64,000 nucleotides of DNA, from IMG/VR virus record IMGVR_UViG_3300045988_139610; one strand, 5' to 3'. Positions 9,527 through 19,652 of the stretch are shown piece by piece. How positions within the stretch are numbered: the stretch's first letter is position 1; every line of letters starts with the position of its first letter. The stretch is from a virus. The notes beneath the pieces were generated by a model. That model did not search any database. It was not told where the DNA came from and saw only the letters and a program-made list of their open reading frames with translations. A program made the position numbers and the translations under genes.

Positions 9527-10516
9527 AAAAACCAGTTGAACGTTTTCACAGCAATAATGAGTAACTGGAGTCAAGCAGAAAAATTCTTAAAAGAATACGA
9601 AAATGGCGACACTTTCGGAAGTTCAATGAAAGAAAATGCGAGATATATAGACTCTGTACAAGGGAAACTTACATTATTGCAAGAAAAATGGAGAAGTATA
9701 ATTAATACTGCCATAAGTGGTAATACGGCAAAACAATTTTTAGATATTGGTATAACTGTATTAGATATAATAGATAAGATTATTAAAAAATTAGACGATG
9801 CAGGAGTAGCACTTCCCGTAATAGCAGGTGCAATTTCTGGTCTTTTTCAATCATTAAAATTTAATCGAAGCGGTGGATTTGAAGCATTAATTAATCAAGA
9901 AAGAAGATTAAAAGCCGAAGCTTTAAGTACAACTACTGCACTAGAAGGACAAGCCACTGCAACACGACAAGCATCTAGTGCTACAATGATTGGAACTACT
10001 AATCCAGGATTCTTTGCAACAATAAGAGAAGGATTTCAAGCTAGTTATCTTGGAAAAACTATAAATGTAATGAGAGGAATAGGCACTTCGTTTAAAGAGG
10101 CTCGTCAATCATCTGGGGTATTTGCCTCTGGATTAACAGCAGTTAGAAGTGCTTTAACAGGTGTAGAGGCTAAAGCATTAGGAACAAAAGTAGCTTTAGG
10201 AGCTATGAATTTAGCTATGACTGCTGTAAATATGGGTGTAGGTATGCTTATATCGTGGGGAATAGGTAAAGTTATCCAACATTTTACAGACGAGGCTAAT
10301 AGACTTAATGACGCTTTAGAAAAAAATGCAGAAAATATAACTAATTTGAACAATAAAGTAACTAGCTCAACAAAAGCAAAAACAAATCTTTCAAATATTA
10401 GAGACGAATATAAAAAATTATATGATACGGTAGATAAAACTTCTGAACAGCAAGAAAGATTTAAAGAGTTACAACAACAAATAATTGATATTTGTGGTGA
10501 AGATATTGTCTTGGGT
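9527..10516 (+). CDS. Tape measure protein, exon 2
   Basis: No ATG or RBS. The frame reads KNQLNVFTAIMSNW..., continuing the TMP core. Gly/Ala-rich hydrophobic middle; stops just after GEDIVLG. Confidence 0.7.
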
Positions 10517-10865
10517 TAATAAATAGCCCCTATAATAAGAAATTATTATTAGAAAACATATTGAATTGCTGGAAAACCCTTAGAGCCTTAATACCACAAC
10601 GTAATTAGTAATGATAAGCGTGATGGTTTTAAAAAGTTTAAGGATTGGGCAATCAGCAGGTAAGAATTATTTTATTAATTTTTTAAAAGAAATAAATAAA
10701 AATAATTAATAAAATAATTAAACTTCAACGACTATCTCGAAAGAGAGTACACTTAAGTGAGTGGAAGTGGTATGTGCCTAGTAACAGGTAAAGATATAGT
10801 CTCAACGTCTAGTGAAAACTAGAGAAGTTCATAAGAGAACTGCATAAGATTAACGACCTTATGTG
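10517..10865 (+). ncRNA. Group I intron 2 (ORF-less, 349 nt)
   Basis: Core elements recognisable: P-like AAUUGCUGGAAAACCC (10564-10579), Q-like AAUCAGCAGG (10651-10660), R-like UUCAACGACUAUC (10724-10736), S-like AAGAUAUAGUCU (10791-10802). Exon GGGU can pair with GCCC (10526-10529), placing a U-G wobble at the splice site. G10865 would be omega-G. Confidence 0.8.
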
Positions 10866-13800
10866 AAGATATTGTATGATAAAGATAATAACCCGATTTT
10901 ATCAATGGGTGGAGATATTGATAAATTAATTGCAAAATATGATAAATTAATCAAGAAACAGCAAGAGGCTCTAAATCAAGAATATAAAGACCAACAAAGA
11001 AACGCTACAGACAAAATGAATGAAGGACAAGGATTTGCTGGTAAAGATGGGGCTTTCAATAAACAAGCAATTAAGGAATATAATAGACAAATAGAAAACA
11101 TCAGAAAAAAGAAAAGTGAACTTAACAATACATTTACTCAAACAGGTGATTCAGCATGGCTAGAAGATTATTCAGAAAGGCTTGCTAAATTAAGTGATAC
11201 TTACGCTAGTGCTAAAGAGGCAGTTGTAGATGCCGAAGCAAAAATAAGTGCCGAATCTCAAAAAATAAATAAAAGTATAGTAAACTCTTTGTCTATAGGT
11301 GATGGTTTTAGTAAATTAAAAAGTGACGTTCAATCTGAAATGATAGAAGTTGTAAATGGATTAGATTTTTCTCAATTAACAAGTGGACAACAAAGTTTAT
11401 TTGAATCAAATATGAAGAAAATGTTTGATTCTGGAACAATAGATAAGTCAATAAGAAAATTGTATGATTTGCAACAAGCATATGCAGATACAAGTGACAT
11501 TACTGCTTATGAACAAGGAATTGAAAAATTAATCCCTTCTTTAGCTAAATTATGGGGAGTAAATGAAGATGTAGCTAGAAGTATGGTGGAATTACCAGAA
11601 AGTGCTAAAATGGCTCAAAATGCTATGGATGCTTATTTACGTTCTTTTGGTAAAAACATAAACATGACAGATAAAGAAACTAAAGATTTGATGGCAACAT
11701 GGGACGCTTACAATAATTTTCTTCAAGATTTAAGTGGTCTTGATACAGTAGAAAAAGACGGAAAAATGGTTTATAATATCAAAGAAGTTAAAGCCACTTT
11801 AGAAGATAGTAATTTACCAGACAAAGTAAAAGACTTGGTTAATAAATTAATGGGTGACGGTGAATTTTCTTTAGACGATATGGAATTAACAGCTAAATTA
11901 TCTCAAATTTATGTAGAAGACGATGAAGAAACTAGAAATAATTTAATTCAAGACGTTCAAAATCTTGTAGATAAACAATTTGGAAAAGGTAAAATAGACG
12001 TAGGTAAACTGTTTGTTACAGGGGAATATGCTGTATCTGATGACGATAAAAAGAAAATAGATGACGCTTTTGCAAGTTTTAAACAATTTGACGGAAAAGA
12101 TGAAATAGTAAAAACTTTAAGAGCGAATATAGAAAATACCGACCAAGTTGAAAATTATGCTAAATTAATGGATAATTTAAGAGGTAAAGATAAAGACATT
12201 GAAACATTTTTTAAAAATAACATTCAAGATTTATCTGAATTAGAATCTTATGAAGACATGATTCAATGGGTATTTGACCACCCAGAAGCAGTAACAAAAT
12301 GTCACATAAATGTTTTAGGTGAAGATACAATAAAAACTGCTAAAGCTGAAATAGATAGTCTATTAAATGAAAAAGATGAAAAAGACATAAAAGTAAAAAT
12401 AGATAAAGCTTTAGCTCAAGGTGACATAGCAACCGTAATGGACTTAATAGGGCAATTACCAGCAGAAAAACAAATTGAAGTTGGAGTAGCATTATCTAAC
12501 GCATTAGATGAACTTGGAACTGTAGATGCTATACAATTAAAAAATAAAGTTGTAGATGTTACCGTAATGGCTTTTCAAGCATTACAGCAACTTTATGCAC
12601 TTCAAGGATTAAAAATTCCAGAGAAATATATTAAAATAATTAGTAATAGTGCTGATGTAGCAAATAAATTAGATAGTTTGAAACAACAAATAAACGAAAT
12701 ACCACGAAGTATATCAATAATGGCTACTTTAACCTATACAGAAAAAGGTAAATCAAAAGTCCCCCATAGTGGAAAGGGAAAATCAGTAATGTGGGGAGAT
12801 TCTATAGGTGAATTTTCTAATATAGAAGATAATCCTTATTCTGTAGAGCAGTTGAGTGCTACACCAATGGTGACTTCACAACCTGTAGTAACTGCAAATG
12901 ATGTAAACACAACAACTCCTACTTCAGATAGTTCTGGTGGAATAAGTACTTATGCTACAAGAGATTTTAATAGCATAGGTGATATAGAAACAGCTTTAAC
13001 TCCTATAAACCTTGAATATCAAAATGTATTAGATATGATTGAGTACTCCGTTGAATTATTTAAAGAATTACAATATAGAATTGAAACAGTAACTAAGAAA
13101 ACTTCATTATTAGATAAACAAATGGAAAAAGCAGTAGGTACTGAAAAAATTAAATATCTTAAACAAAAAAATAAATTATTAGAAGAACAGGCTAAACTTC
13201 AAAAAGAATATTATGACGATTTAATTTCTGAAAGAGAAACACTTCAACAAAAACTTCAAAAAGAAGGATTCAAATTTAATGAAGATGGGAATATGACTAA
13301 CTATGAAGAAAAATTATTGGCTATGCAAAAAGAATATAAACGACTTCAAGATGTAGCCGATAAATCTTCTAAAAGTAGCTCTTCTAGTGGTTCTTCAAAT
13401 AATACAGCAAGCGATAAAGCTAGTAAATATAAAGAAGAATTGGATAAACTTACAAACTTAGCTAATAAATATTATGATATACAACAAAGTGATATATTTA
13501 GTTGTGAAGAACAATGGCAAGAAATGAAAAATACAATTAAAGAAAATAATGACGAAATTGAAAAACTAACTAGAGAAGATAAATTGTATAAATTTAGCAA
13601 CGCCATAACTCAATTAAAAAATCAATTCGATATACTAGGAAATAAAATTGATATAATAGATGTTAAACTAGAAAATTCAAATGGAGTAGATACAATTAAA
13701 TTGACAGAAGAAAAATTAAAACTTATGAATGAACAACTATCTAAACAAATGGATTTAATGACTAATATGAAAAATAAGATTCCTACATATCAAGAAAGTT

Positions 13801-14828
13801 TATCTAAATATGGTTTCACATTTGATGTAGAAGGAAATGTAAGTAATATAGACGAAGTATTAAACAGTTTTCAAAACAGTGAAGATTTGGAAAAAGTTAA
13901 TGATTTATTAGAAGAATATACTTCTTTAATAAATGACGATTTAGCCGACGCAGAAAAAAATTATGCTGATTTACAAAAAAACATAGTAGATTTACAAAAA
14001 GATAAACTTAATAAAGTGAAAGACATAGAAGATAAAATCACAGATGTAATAAAAGATGAAATAGATAAACGTAAAGACGCTATAGAAAAACAATATGACA
14101 AAGAAAAAGAATTAATAGAAAAAAGAAGAGATGATTATAAAAAACAACGTGATGAAGATGATTATGCAAAAAATTTAAAAGAACAACAAGACGAAATTGA
14201 CACTATTAATAAAAAAATAGAATTAGCAAAACGAGATAATTCTATGAGTGGTAAATCTAAGTTGAAAGAATTATTAGACGATTTAAAAGAAGCTCAAGAT
14301 AAATTAGATGAAACAGTTCAAAATAAGGTTGATGAAGACATCGATAATATGTTCCAAGAACAATTAGACGCTTTAGATAAAAAGAAAGAAGATATGACAC
14401 AAAATATAGATGACACTTATACTCCACAAAAAATAGCACAAATGGTTAAAGATGCGATGATGACTAATACTTTTACTGATTTAAATGGTAATATTACCAA
14501 TTTACAAGATAAATTGATTGACTTTGCAGAAACAAGTGGAGACGCAGTAGGAATATTAGGTGATTCAATTAAAACAGAATTGTGTGATAATCTTGAAGTA
14601 GCTTTGGATTATTTAAAAGACTATAAAGATATATTTAAAGAACTTGGATTCAAACAATTAGGAAATGTAAATTATAAAGAAGGTATGAATAAAGATACAA
14701 CTTCTAAAACATTAAATGTGGGTGATATCAATATTAATGTTGAAGGAAGTGTTGATGAAAATGTTCTTGATGACATGCAAGAAATGATTAATAAAACTTT
14801 AAAAGATATTGTTAATAAATCATTATAG
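10866..14828 (+). CDS. Tape measure protein, exon 3
   Basis: 1320 in-frame codons with no RBS upstream. Long coiled-coil, K/E/D-rich sequence. Confidence 0.7.
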   Translation, partial: KILYDKDNNPILSMGGDIDKLIAKYDKLIKKQQEALNQEYKDQQRNATDKMNEGQGFAGKDGAFNKQAIKEYNRQIENIRKKKSELNNTFTQTGDSAWLEDYSERLAKLSDTYASAKEAVVDAEAKISAESQKINKSIVNSLSIGDGFSKLKSDVQSEMIEVVNGLDFSQLTSGQQSLFESNMKKMFDSGTIDKSIRKLYDLQQAYADTSDITAYEQGIEKLIPSLAKLWGVNEDVARSMVELPESAKMAQNAMDAYLRSFGKNINMTDKETKDLMATWDAYNNFLQDLSGLDTVEKDGKMVYNIKEVKATLEDSNLPDKVKDLVNKLMGDGEFSLDDMELTAKLSQIYVEDDEETRNNLIQDVQNLVDKQFGKGKIDVGKLFVTGEYAVSDDDKKKIDDAFASFKQFDGKDEIVKTLRANIENTDQVENYAKLMDNLRGKDKDIETFFKNNIQDLSELESYEDMIQWVFDHPEAVTKCHINVLGEDTIKTAKAEIDSLLNEKDEKDIKVKIDKALAQGDIATVMDLIGQLPAEKQIEVGVALSNALDELGTVDAIQLKNKVVDVTVMAFQALQQLYALQGLKIPEKYIKIISNSADVANKLDSLKQQINEIPRSISIMATLTYTEKGKSKVPHSGKGKSVMWGDSIGEFSNIEDNPYSVEQLSATPMVTSQPVVTANDVNTTTPTSDSSGGISTYATRDFNSIGDIETALTPINLEYQNVLDMIEYSVELFKELQYRIETVTKKTSLLDKQMEKAVGTEKIKYLKQKNKLLEEQAKLQKEYYDDLISERETLQQKLQKEGFKFNEDGNMTNYEEKLLAMQKEYKRLQDVADKSSKSSSSSGSSNNTASDKASKYKEELDKLTNLANKYYDIQQSDIFSCEEQWQEMKNTIKENNDEIEKLTREDKLYKFSNAITQLKNQFDILGNKIDIIDVKLENSNGVDTIKLTEEKLKLMNEQLSKQMDLMTNMKNKIPTYQESLSKYGFTFDVEGNVSNIDEVLNSFQNSEDLEKVNDLLEEYTSLINDDLADAEKNYADLQKNIVDLQKDKLNKVKDIEDKITDVIKDEIDKRKDAIEKQYDKEKELIEKRRDDYKKQRDEDDYAKNLKEQQDEIDTINKKIELAKRDNSMSGKSKLKELLDDLKEAQDKLDETVQNKVDEDIDNMFQEQLDALDKKKEDMTQNIDDTYTPQKIAQMVKDAMMTNTFTDLNGNITNLQDKLIDFAETSGDAVGILGDSIKTELCDNLEVALDYLKDYKDIFKELGFKQLGNVNYKEGMNKDTTSKTLNVGDININVEGSVDENVLDDMQEMINKTLKDIVNKSL

Positions 14829-14854
14829 AGGGTTAATATATTAGCCCTCTTTTA
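14827..14854 (+). terminator. Hairpin / possible partial terminator after the TMP gene
   Basis: AGAGGG-ttaatatattag-CCCTCT followed by TTTTAT. Confidence 0.4.
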
Positions 14855-14871
14855 TAAGGAGGGTGATGTAA

Positions 14872-15612
14872 TTGTTTAAAAGTCAATATTTTATTTGGAA
14901 AGGAAAACAATCTAAAGATAAATTTTTAAGTATATTAACCACTGATAATGATGTTCTAAATGATTTTGGAGTTCCATATAATAAAACATTAGAAAAAGAA
15001 GATAATTTAGATTTATATAATGAAAAAGAAGAAGAACCCGAAGATATAATATTGCAATTATATTTAGAAAAAGACGGAATGCCTTTAATATGGACTGGTG
15101 AAAATTTTAGAGAAATTAAAAAATGGTTAGTAAGTGATGACTTTGAAGAATTTATTTCTTATGACAATTTAGATTATGTGTATTATTTAAAATGTACGAA
15201 AATACAAAAAAAATTTACATACGGTGAACCTAAAGGTTGTATAGAAGTTACATTTAAACCTTTAAGTCAATATGCATATAAAAAAGTAATTATAGAAAAA
15301 GAAGTAAAAGGTAAAGAATTAATAGATATACATAATAGTGGAGACTTAAATTATGAACCTATAATTGTAATTGAAAGTAATTGTAAAAGAAATCAAAAAG
15401 TAAAAGTAAACGATTTTATAATAAATAATTTACTTGAAGAGGAAACTATTAAAATAGATAATAAAATGTGTTTAGTTAAATCCAATAAACGATATTATCC
15501 TATATCAGATTGTAATAGAAAATGGATTACTTTAAAACAAGGAGATAATCAATTAATCGTTGAAGGAGAATGTAATATAATTATTTATTGTAGTTTCCCA
15601 GAAGTAATATAG
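14872..15612 (+). CDS. Distal tail protein (Dit) candidate
   Basis: 246-aa ORF directly after the TMP and abutting the Tal gene. RBS AAGGAGGGTGA with a TTG start. Call is by position. Confidence 0.55.
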   Translation: MFKSQYFIWKGKQSKDKFLSILTTDNDVLNDFGVPYNKTLEKEDNLDLYNEKEEEPEDIILQLYLEKDGMPLIWTGENFREIKKWLVSDDFEEFISYDNLDYVYYLKCTKIQKKFTYGEPKGCIEVTFKPLSQYAYKKVIIEKEVKGKELIDIHNSGDLNYEPIIVIESNCKRNQKVKVNDFIINNLLEEETIKIDNKMCLVKSNKRYYPISDCNRKWITLKQGDNQLIVEGECNIIIYCSFPEVI

Positions 15613-18600
15613 GTGATGGATATGAATGATGTAATTATTAAGGAATTAAAACCAATACAAGAGATTGTATTAACAAAATTAAATGGAGACGTTATTGCAG
15701 AAATACCTATATTTTATTTAACAGAAGAAAGTAGAAATATCGACGAGGTAGATACGATAACTTTTACAATGCCTTTGAGATATAGAGACAATTTCTCAAA
15801 GAAGATAGTAAATTATTATGTATATGATGAAGTTATAGCAGAAAGATTAATATGTGTTGATGGTGAATATTTTGTGATTAAAGAAATAAATGAAAATCAA
15901 TCAAATCATACAAAAGAAATTACTGCTTATGGATTAGAAAAAAAATTAGAAAAAAACACAATAGCTTTATCAGATTGTGGACTTATGTTAAAAGATAAAG
16001 ATGAAGAGACGGATACTTATTCTTTTGACGAATATTTATACCAACAAACAGGTTGGAGATTAGGTCATATAGACGATTCAGTTAGATATATGGACAATGG
16101 GGAACCTAAACTTCGTATGCAAGAGGAAACAAATACTTCTTTTTATTCATTTATAACCGAAACCATTGCAGAACAATTTTGTTGCGTCCCTGTGTTTGAT
16201 AGAAAAAATAAATTAATAAATCTATATGATATTGACGGATTTGGAAATGATTTAAAATTAGTTTTAAATAAAGATAATTACTTAAAGTCATTGGAAAAAA
16301 CTTTTAATTCTTCCGATATTGTAACTAGATTAATTCTTGAAGGTAATGAAGAAGAGTGTATAGTAGAGGAGGCAAATCCAACGGGATTAAATTATATTGA
16401 AAATTATTCATATTTTATAGAAAATGAAGATATGAGCAAAGAATTAATTAGAGCTTTAAAACTATTTGAAGAATTAACTCCTAAAAGAATGGAAAAATGG
16501 AAAGAATATGTAAGTTTAAAAACACAAAAAAATTCAGAATTGTCTACATTGGATTCTTCAGAAAATATACTTATGACTAAATGTAATCAATTACAAAATA
16601 TAATAGACGGTTATACAGATATGGAAACTGAAGAAGAATATTATTTATTAGATGATATAAAAAGTGAATTAGATGTATCTAATTTAGAATTGCAATCTGT
16701 TTCAAGTCAAATATATAAAATAGAAAAAGAATTAAAAGAATTAGATATTAAAATTAATAGATTAAACAAATTATGTAGAAGAGAGACATCAGAAGACGAG
16801 GCAGGGAATTTATTATTTGATGAAAAATTATTAAGTGAATTAAAAGATTATATTTATTATGATACATATTCAGATGATAGTTTTGTAGATGCTAATGAAT
16901 TAATAAAAACAGGAAAACATATTTTAGAATCTAAATGTAAACCTACGGTAGAATTCTCGATAGATTCAGTGAATTTTGTAAATAGATTGTTGGGTGATAA
17001 AAGTAGATTGAGTCCAGAAATTCAATTAGGTTTAGGAGACGTTATATCTACTTACGATAAAGAAAGAGATAAAGAAGAATTAGTTTTTTTTACAGGTTGG
17101 ACTATGAATTATGAAGATAATAAATTAGGTTTAACCTTCTCGAATAAAAAAACTAATAAAGAAGATACTAGAGTAATTGCTGATTTATTAAAAAAATCAA
17201 AAGAAACAAAAAAAATTATATCAGTTAATAAATGGTTGTGGAATAAACAAAAATACAATAAAGTTAATAGTACATTAATGACTGGTATGGATTTAGACTT
17301 AGATTTTTCCCCTAATAAAGCTTACGTTGACAGTGTTTCAAGTGTAGATTTAAATCAGCATACTTTAAATATAAATTTAAATGAAGAATATATTTTAAAG
17401 GCGACAATACTACCAGATACAGCTAAAAATAAAAATGTAATATGGATTAGTAGTGATGAAAACATTGCAAGTGTAAGTGACGGTGTAATAGTAGGAAATG
17501 GATATGGAGCTTGCATAATAACCGTAATAACAGAAGACGGTAATAAAACAGATACTTGTAAAGTAGTTGTAGAAGTTGATATGGGGGATAGTAGTAATGT
17601 TAATGTTACAGGTATCAGATTAAATACAAATTCATTAGAAATAGATAAACATGAATCAGTTTATTTATTACCTACAGTAATTCCTACTAATGCGAATCAA
17701 TCAATAACATATATTAGTTCCGATGGTAATATAGCTAAAGTATCAAATGAGGGATTAATAACAGGTGTAGGTCAAGGAAAATGTACTATAACAGCTATAT
17801 CAAATAAAAATGCTAAAATAAAAGCATCTTGCACAGTTACGGTTAGTGGTAAAGAGGCAGAAATAAATATAGATGATTTAGACGAAGTATTAATTATAGG
17901 AACAAAAAGAATCCAAAATCTACAAGAGTATAATTTAGCCCCAAAAATGACGTATTTTGGAAATATTGTTGAAGATTTTGATATTACAACTTATCCATCC
18001 GACCCAAAAGCTATCGTTGTTATGTTAGGATTAAACAATGATTCCCTATGTGACATAAGCAAAATAAAGACATTGTTAAATTCTATAAAAACTAAATACA
18101 CAGGAAAATATATATTTGTAGCAAATGAATTGCCTGTCGGTATAAATTATGCAACTGTAGATTATAGCTATGAACAATTAAATAGTCAAATTAAAAATTA
18201 TAATAATACATTACAAAAAATCGCAAATGAATTAGGATTAAAATCTATAACAGTTCAAGGTGGAATGGTTGAAAGCGATATATTAGCTTCACATTACACT
18301 TATAATGGATTAGACTTAAATGTAGTAGGATGTAAAATGTTATTAAATAATATCAAATATCAAATCAAAAATAATGTTGGTTCTTTTATTCCTCCAGATG
18401 ATAATGAAGACAGTGGGACAAATGGAGTAAATCCTATAAGAGAAAAGATTATGGAAAAAGCTGAAGAAATAGTTAGAATGTGTGTAAACCATCAAGCTAA
18501 TTACAGTCAAAGATATAGAACAATAAGTTATAAAGCTCCAAATACCATTAAATCGAGAACTGAATATGTATCTGGCACTTTATATACACAGCCTTCATGG

Positions 18601-19602
18601 GTGGTGCTAAATCAAACAATAGGCTATGACTGTAGTTCATTTACTGGCGTATGTTATGAATATGCTGGAATTGAATATCTAAAAGGATTGTCATGTAGTG
18701 CAGGTAGCTTACAAACCGTATGTAAAAATCATGGAGCTGAATTTTGGAGGTATACTGGACAAGAAAGTGTTGATAAGTTAAAAGAAGGCGATATTATAAT
18801 GGTCGCTAATTATAATGTTACAGATAGTAATATGACAACGGTTAGTACTCACCATGTTATGATTAGTGGTGGAGGAAATACAGTTTTACATGCTAGTGGA
18901 TTTACTTCTGGTATATTAAAACAAAAAATTAATTTTACAAATAAACATTTCTTTATAAGAATTAAAGAGGTAGCTGAAGCTGATAAAAACATTTCTAATG
19001 GAAATACAAATATTGGTAATGGTGTAGAAGAATATAAGAACTGTTTCAATGAACAAGGTATTATAAATGGACATGAATATATTTACAAATTTAAAGGATT
19101 AAGATGTACGTGCTATAACGCAACCGAAAACGATAAAGGTGGACGTTCTGGATTAGGTACTCATATGGGTAAAACTTTTGGTTGTGGCAATTTAAGCTAC
19201 GGTACATTAGTATATTTTCCAGAATTAGATGGCAAAATATGGACTAATGCAGATGGTAGTCAAATTAAATTAGATGGTATACTTATGGCTACAGATTCGG
19301 GAATTTTAATGACAGATTGCGATATCGTGGCAGGTTCTACTATACAAGCCTGTACTTCAAATTGGACTAATCCAAAACGTTTAGATGGTTATGTAATTAA
19401 ATGGGGTACAAGTAATATCAAAAATTACAGTTTTACTGACACTTACAAAATAGCATACAATAATGGTAGTTTGTCAAGATTTAAAACAGCATTTAAAAAT
19501 TATATGAATAATGGAGATGGCGTATTAATTAATTTCACTAAATTCTATGATACAGACAAAAACATTAGAAATACTATTTATTGGACAATATTAAATAGTT
19601 AA
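15613..19602 (+). CDS. Tail-associated lysin (Tal): prophage-tail N-domain, 2x Big_2, SGNH-like esterase, NlpC/P60 peptidase, 3D domain
   Basis: Two Big_2-like repeats (ILPDTAKNKNVIWISSDENIASVS..; VIPTNANQSITYISSDGNIAKVS..). VVMLGLNNDS resembles an SGNH block. GYDCSSFTG...HHVMISGG gives the NlpC/P60 Cys/His. CTCYNATENDKGGRSGLG...ATDSGILMTDCDI is 3D-domain-like. Confidence 0.7.
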   Translation: MMDMNDVIIKELKPIQEIVLTKLNGDVIAEIPIFYLTEESRNIDEVDTITFTMPLRYRDNFSKKIVNYYVYDEVIAERLICVDGEYFVIKEINENQSNHTKEITAYGLEKKLEKNTIALSDCGLMLKDKDEETDTYSFDEYLYQQTGWRLGHIDDSVRYMDNGEPKLRMQEETNTSFYSFITETIAEQFCCVPVFDRKNKLINLYDIDGFGNDLKLVLNKDNYLKSLEKTFNSSDIVTRLILEGNEEECIVEEANPTGLNYIENYSYFIENEDMSKELIRALKLFEELTPKRMEKWKEYVSLKTQKNSELSTLDSSENILMTKCNQLQNIIDGYTDMETEEEYYLLDDIKSELDVSNLELQSVSSQIYKIEKELKELDIKINRLNKLCRRETSEDEAGNLLFDEKLLSELKDYIYYDTYSDDSFVDANELIKTGKHILESKCKPTVEFSIDSVNFVNRLLGDKSRLSPEIQLGLGDVISTYDKERDKEELVFFTGWTMNYEDNKLGLTFSNKKTNKEDTRVIADLLKKSKETKKIISVNKWLWNKQKYNKVNSTLMTGMDLDLDFSPNKAYVDSVSSVDLNQHTLNINLNEEYILKATILPDTAKNKNVIWISSDENIASVSDGVIVGNGYGACIITVITEDGNKTDTCKVVVEVDMGDSSNVNVTGIRLNTNSLEIDKHESVYLLPTVIPTNANQSITYISSDGNIAKVSNEGLITGVGQGKCTITAISNKNAKIKASCTVTVSGKEAEINIDDLDEVLIIGTKRIQNLQEYNLAPKMTYFGNIVEDFDITTYPSDPKAIVVMLGLNNDSLCDISKIKTLLNSIKTKYTGKYIFVANELPVGINYATVDYSYEQLNSQIKNYNNTLQKIANELGLKSITVQGGMVESDILASHYTYNGLDLNVVGCKMLLNNIKYQIKNNVGSFIPPDDNEDSGTNGVNPIREKIMEKAEEIVRMCVNHQANYSQRYRTISYKAPNTIKSRTEYVSGTLYTQPSWVVLNQTIGYDCSSFTGVCYEYAGIEYLKGLSCSAGSLQTVCKNHGAEFWRYTGQESVDKLKEGDIIMVANYNVTDSNMTTVSTHHVMISGGGNTVLHASGFTSGILKQKINFTNKHFFIRIKEVAEADKNISNGNTNIGNGVEEYKNCFNEQGIINGHEYIYKFKGLRCTCYNATENDKGGRSGLGTHMGKTFGCGNLSYGTLVYFPELDGKIWTNADGSQIKLDGILMATDSGILMTDCDIVAGSTIQACTSNWTNPKRLDGYVIKWGTSNIKNYSFTDTYKIAYNNGSLSRFKTAFKNYMNNGDGVLINFTKFYDTDKNIRNTIYWTILNS

Positions 19603-19613
19603 AATAATCAATA

Positions 19614-19637
19614 AAGAGGGTATAACATCCCTCTTTA
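19614..19637 (+). terminator. Weak hairpin after the Tal gene
   Basis: AGAGGG-tataacat-CCCTCT followed by TTAAAAG. The T-tract is poor. Confidence 0.3.
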
Positions 19638-19652
19638 AAAGAAGGTGAAAAA

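Noticed and set aside
9229-9535. Whether the GC-richer structured segments (9229-9535 and 10520-10862) hide tRNA or other small RNA genes.
   Set aside because: I could not fold a cloverleaf with anticodon or T-loop features. Their position inside an interrupted TMP reading frame, and the group I core motifs in the second segment, explain the structure better.
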